A stretch of 64,000 bases of DNA, from assembly GCA_965249065.1 (NCBI GenBank), contig CBDFLG010000001.1, positions 1,414,646 through 1,478,645 of the forward strand, written 5' to 3'. The notes below the pieces were generated by a model that did not search any database, had not been told where the DNA came from, and saw nothing but the letters and a program-made list of their open reading frames with translations. Positions 63,872 through 64,000 of this stretch are shown here, one piece after another (the first letter of the stretch is position 1; the number at the start of each line of letters is the position of its first letter). Source of the DNA: Dehalococcoidia bacterium. GTDB taxonomy: Bacteria; Chloroflexota; Dehalococcoidia; Lucifugimonadales; UBA3495. A program made the translations under genes and the position numbers.

Positions 63872-64000
63872 TCTGGTCTCCTGACTTCCGGCTGCCGCAG
63901 AGAGGCTGATCACCGGAGCCTTATATTCATTGGGATGGCCTATTTTAACACCAAGCCTGCGGATCAGGCCTCCACCCGGTATAGGGGCATTACAAGGGCT

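Overview
GC-rich bacterial chromosomal segment. By eye I found no rRNA, tRNA, CRISPR array, transposase or integrase gene. About 69 protein-coding genes are supported.

Backbone content:
(i) A minus-strand respiratory block. It consists of an Alternative-Complex-III-like operon (8350-16963): pentahaem cytochrome c, split molybdopterin-like and 4Fe-4S subunits, two NrfD-like membrane subunits, a DUF3341-like subunit and a monohaem lipoprotein cytochrome c. It is followed by a partial System I cytochrome c maturation cluster (2389-7755): ccmH, ccmF, two unknown membrane proteins and a TlpA/CcmG-like thioredoxin.
(ii) A complete F1Fo ATP synthase operon (35018-42743) that carries an extra retropepsin-like aspartic protease gene between atpG and atpD.
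(iii) Housekeeping genes: rex, coaD, rsmD, ribF, tyrS, an EF-G paralogue and an acyl-CoA mutase catalytic subunit.
(iv) Many paralogous catabolic enzymes: three FAH-family genes, two amidohydrolases, an enolase-superfamily enzyme, a luciferase-like monooxygenase, an HpaB-type monooxygenase and an SDR. Together with the Uma2 genes and the repeat families this suggests a Chloroflexota-like, possibly SAR202-like, genome. That is inference only.

Accessory content: a lower-GC type II restriction-modification pair whose endonuclease may be frameshifted; two VapBC-type toxin-antitoxin pairs; three Uma2 genes, two of them a tandem duplicate; a plant-type LRR lipoprotein in a repeat-rich pocket; and an OmpR/histidine-kinase pair next to an internally repetitive exported protein.

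The intergenic DNA is unusually rich in small structured repeats. There are at least seven hairpin/REP-like families, a 435-bp element bounded by terminal inverted repeats and a target-site duplication (MITE-like) inserted into one such hairpin, a 3 x 55-bp tandem array in a divergent promoter region, and a promoter-like module shared by two unrelated loci.

Best candidates for something new: the protease embedded in the atp operon, the variant ACIII/ccm block with unknown membrane partners, the MITE-like element that may supply the ccm promoter, and the alternating inverted-repeat cluster around the LRR gene. All functional calls rest on motif recognition by eye. No database search was possible.
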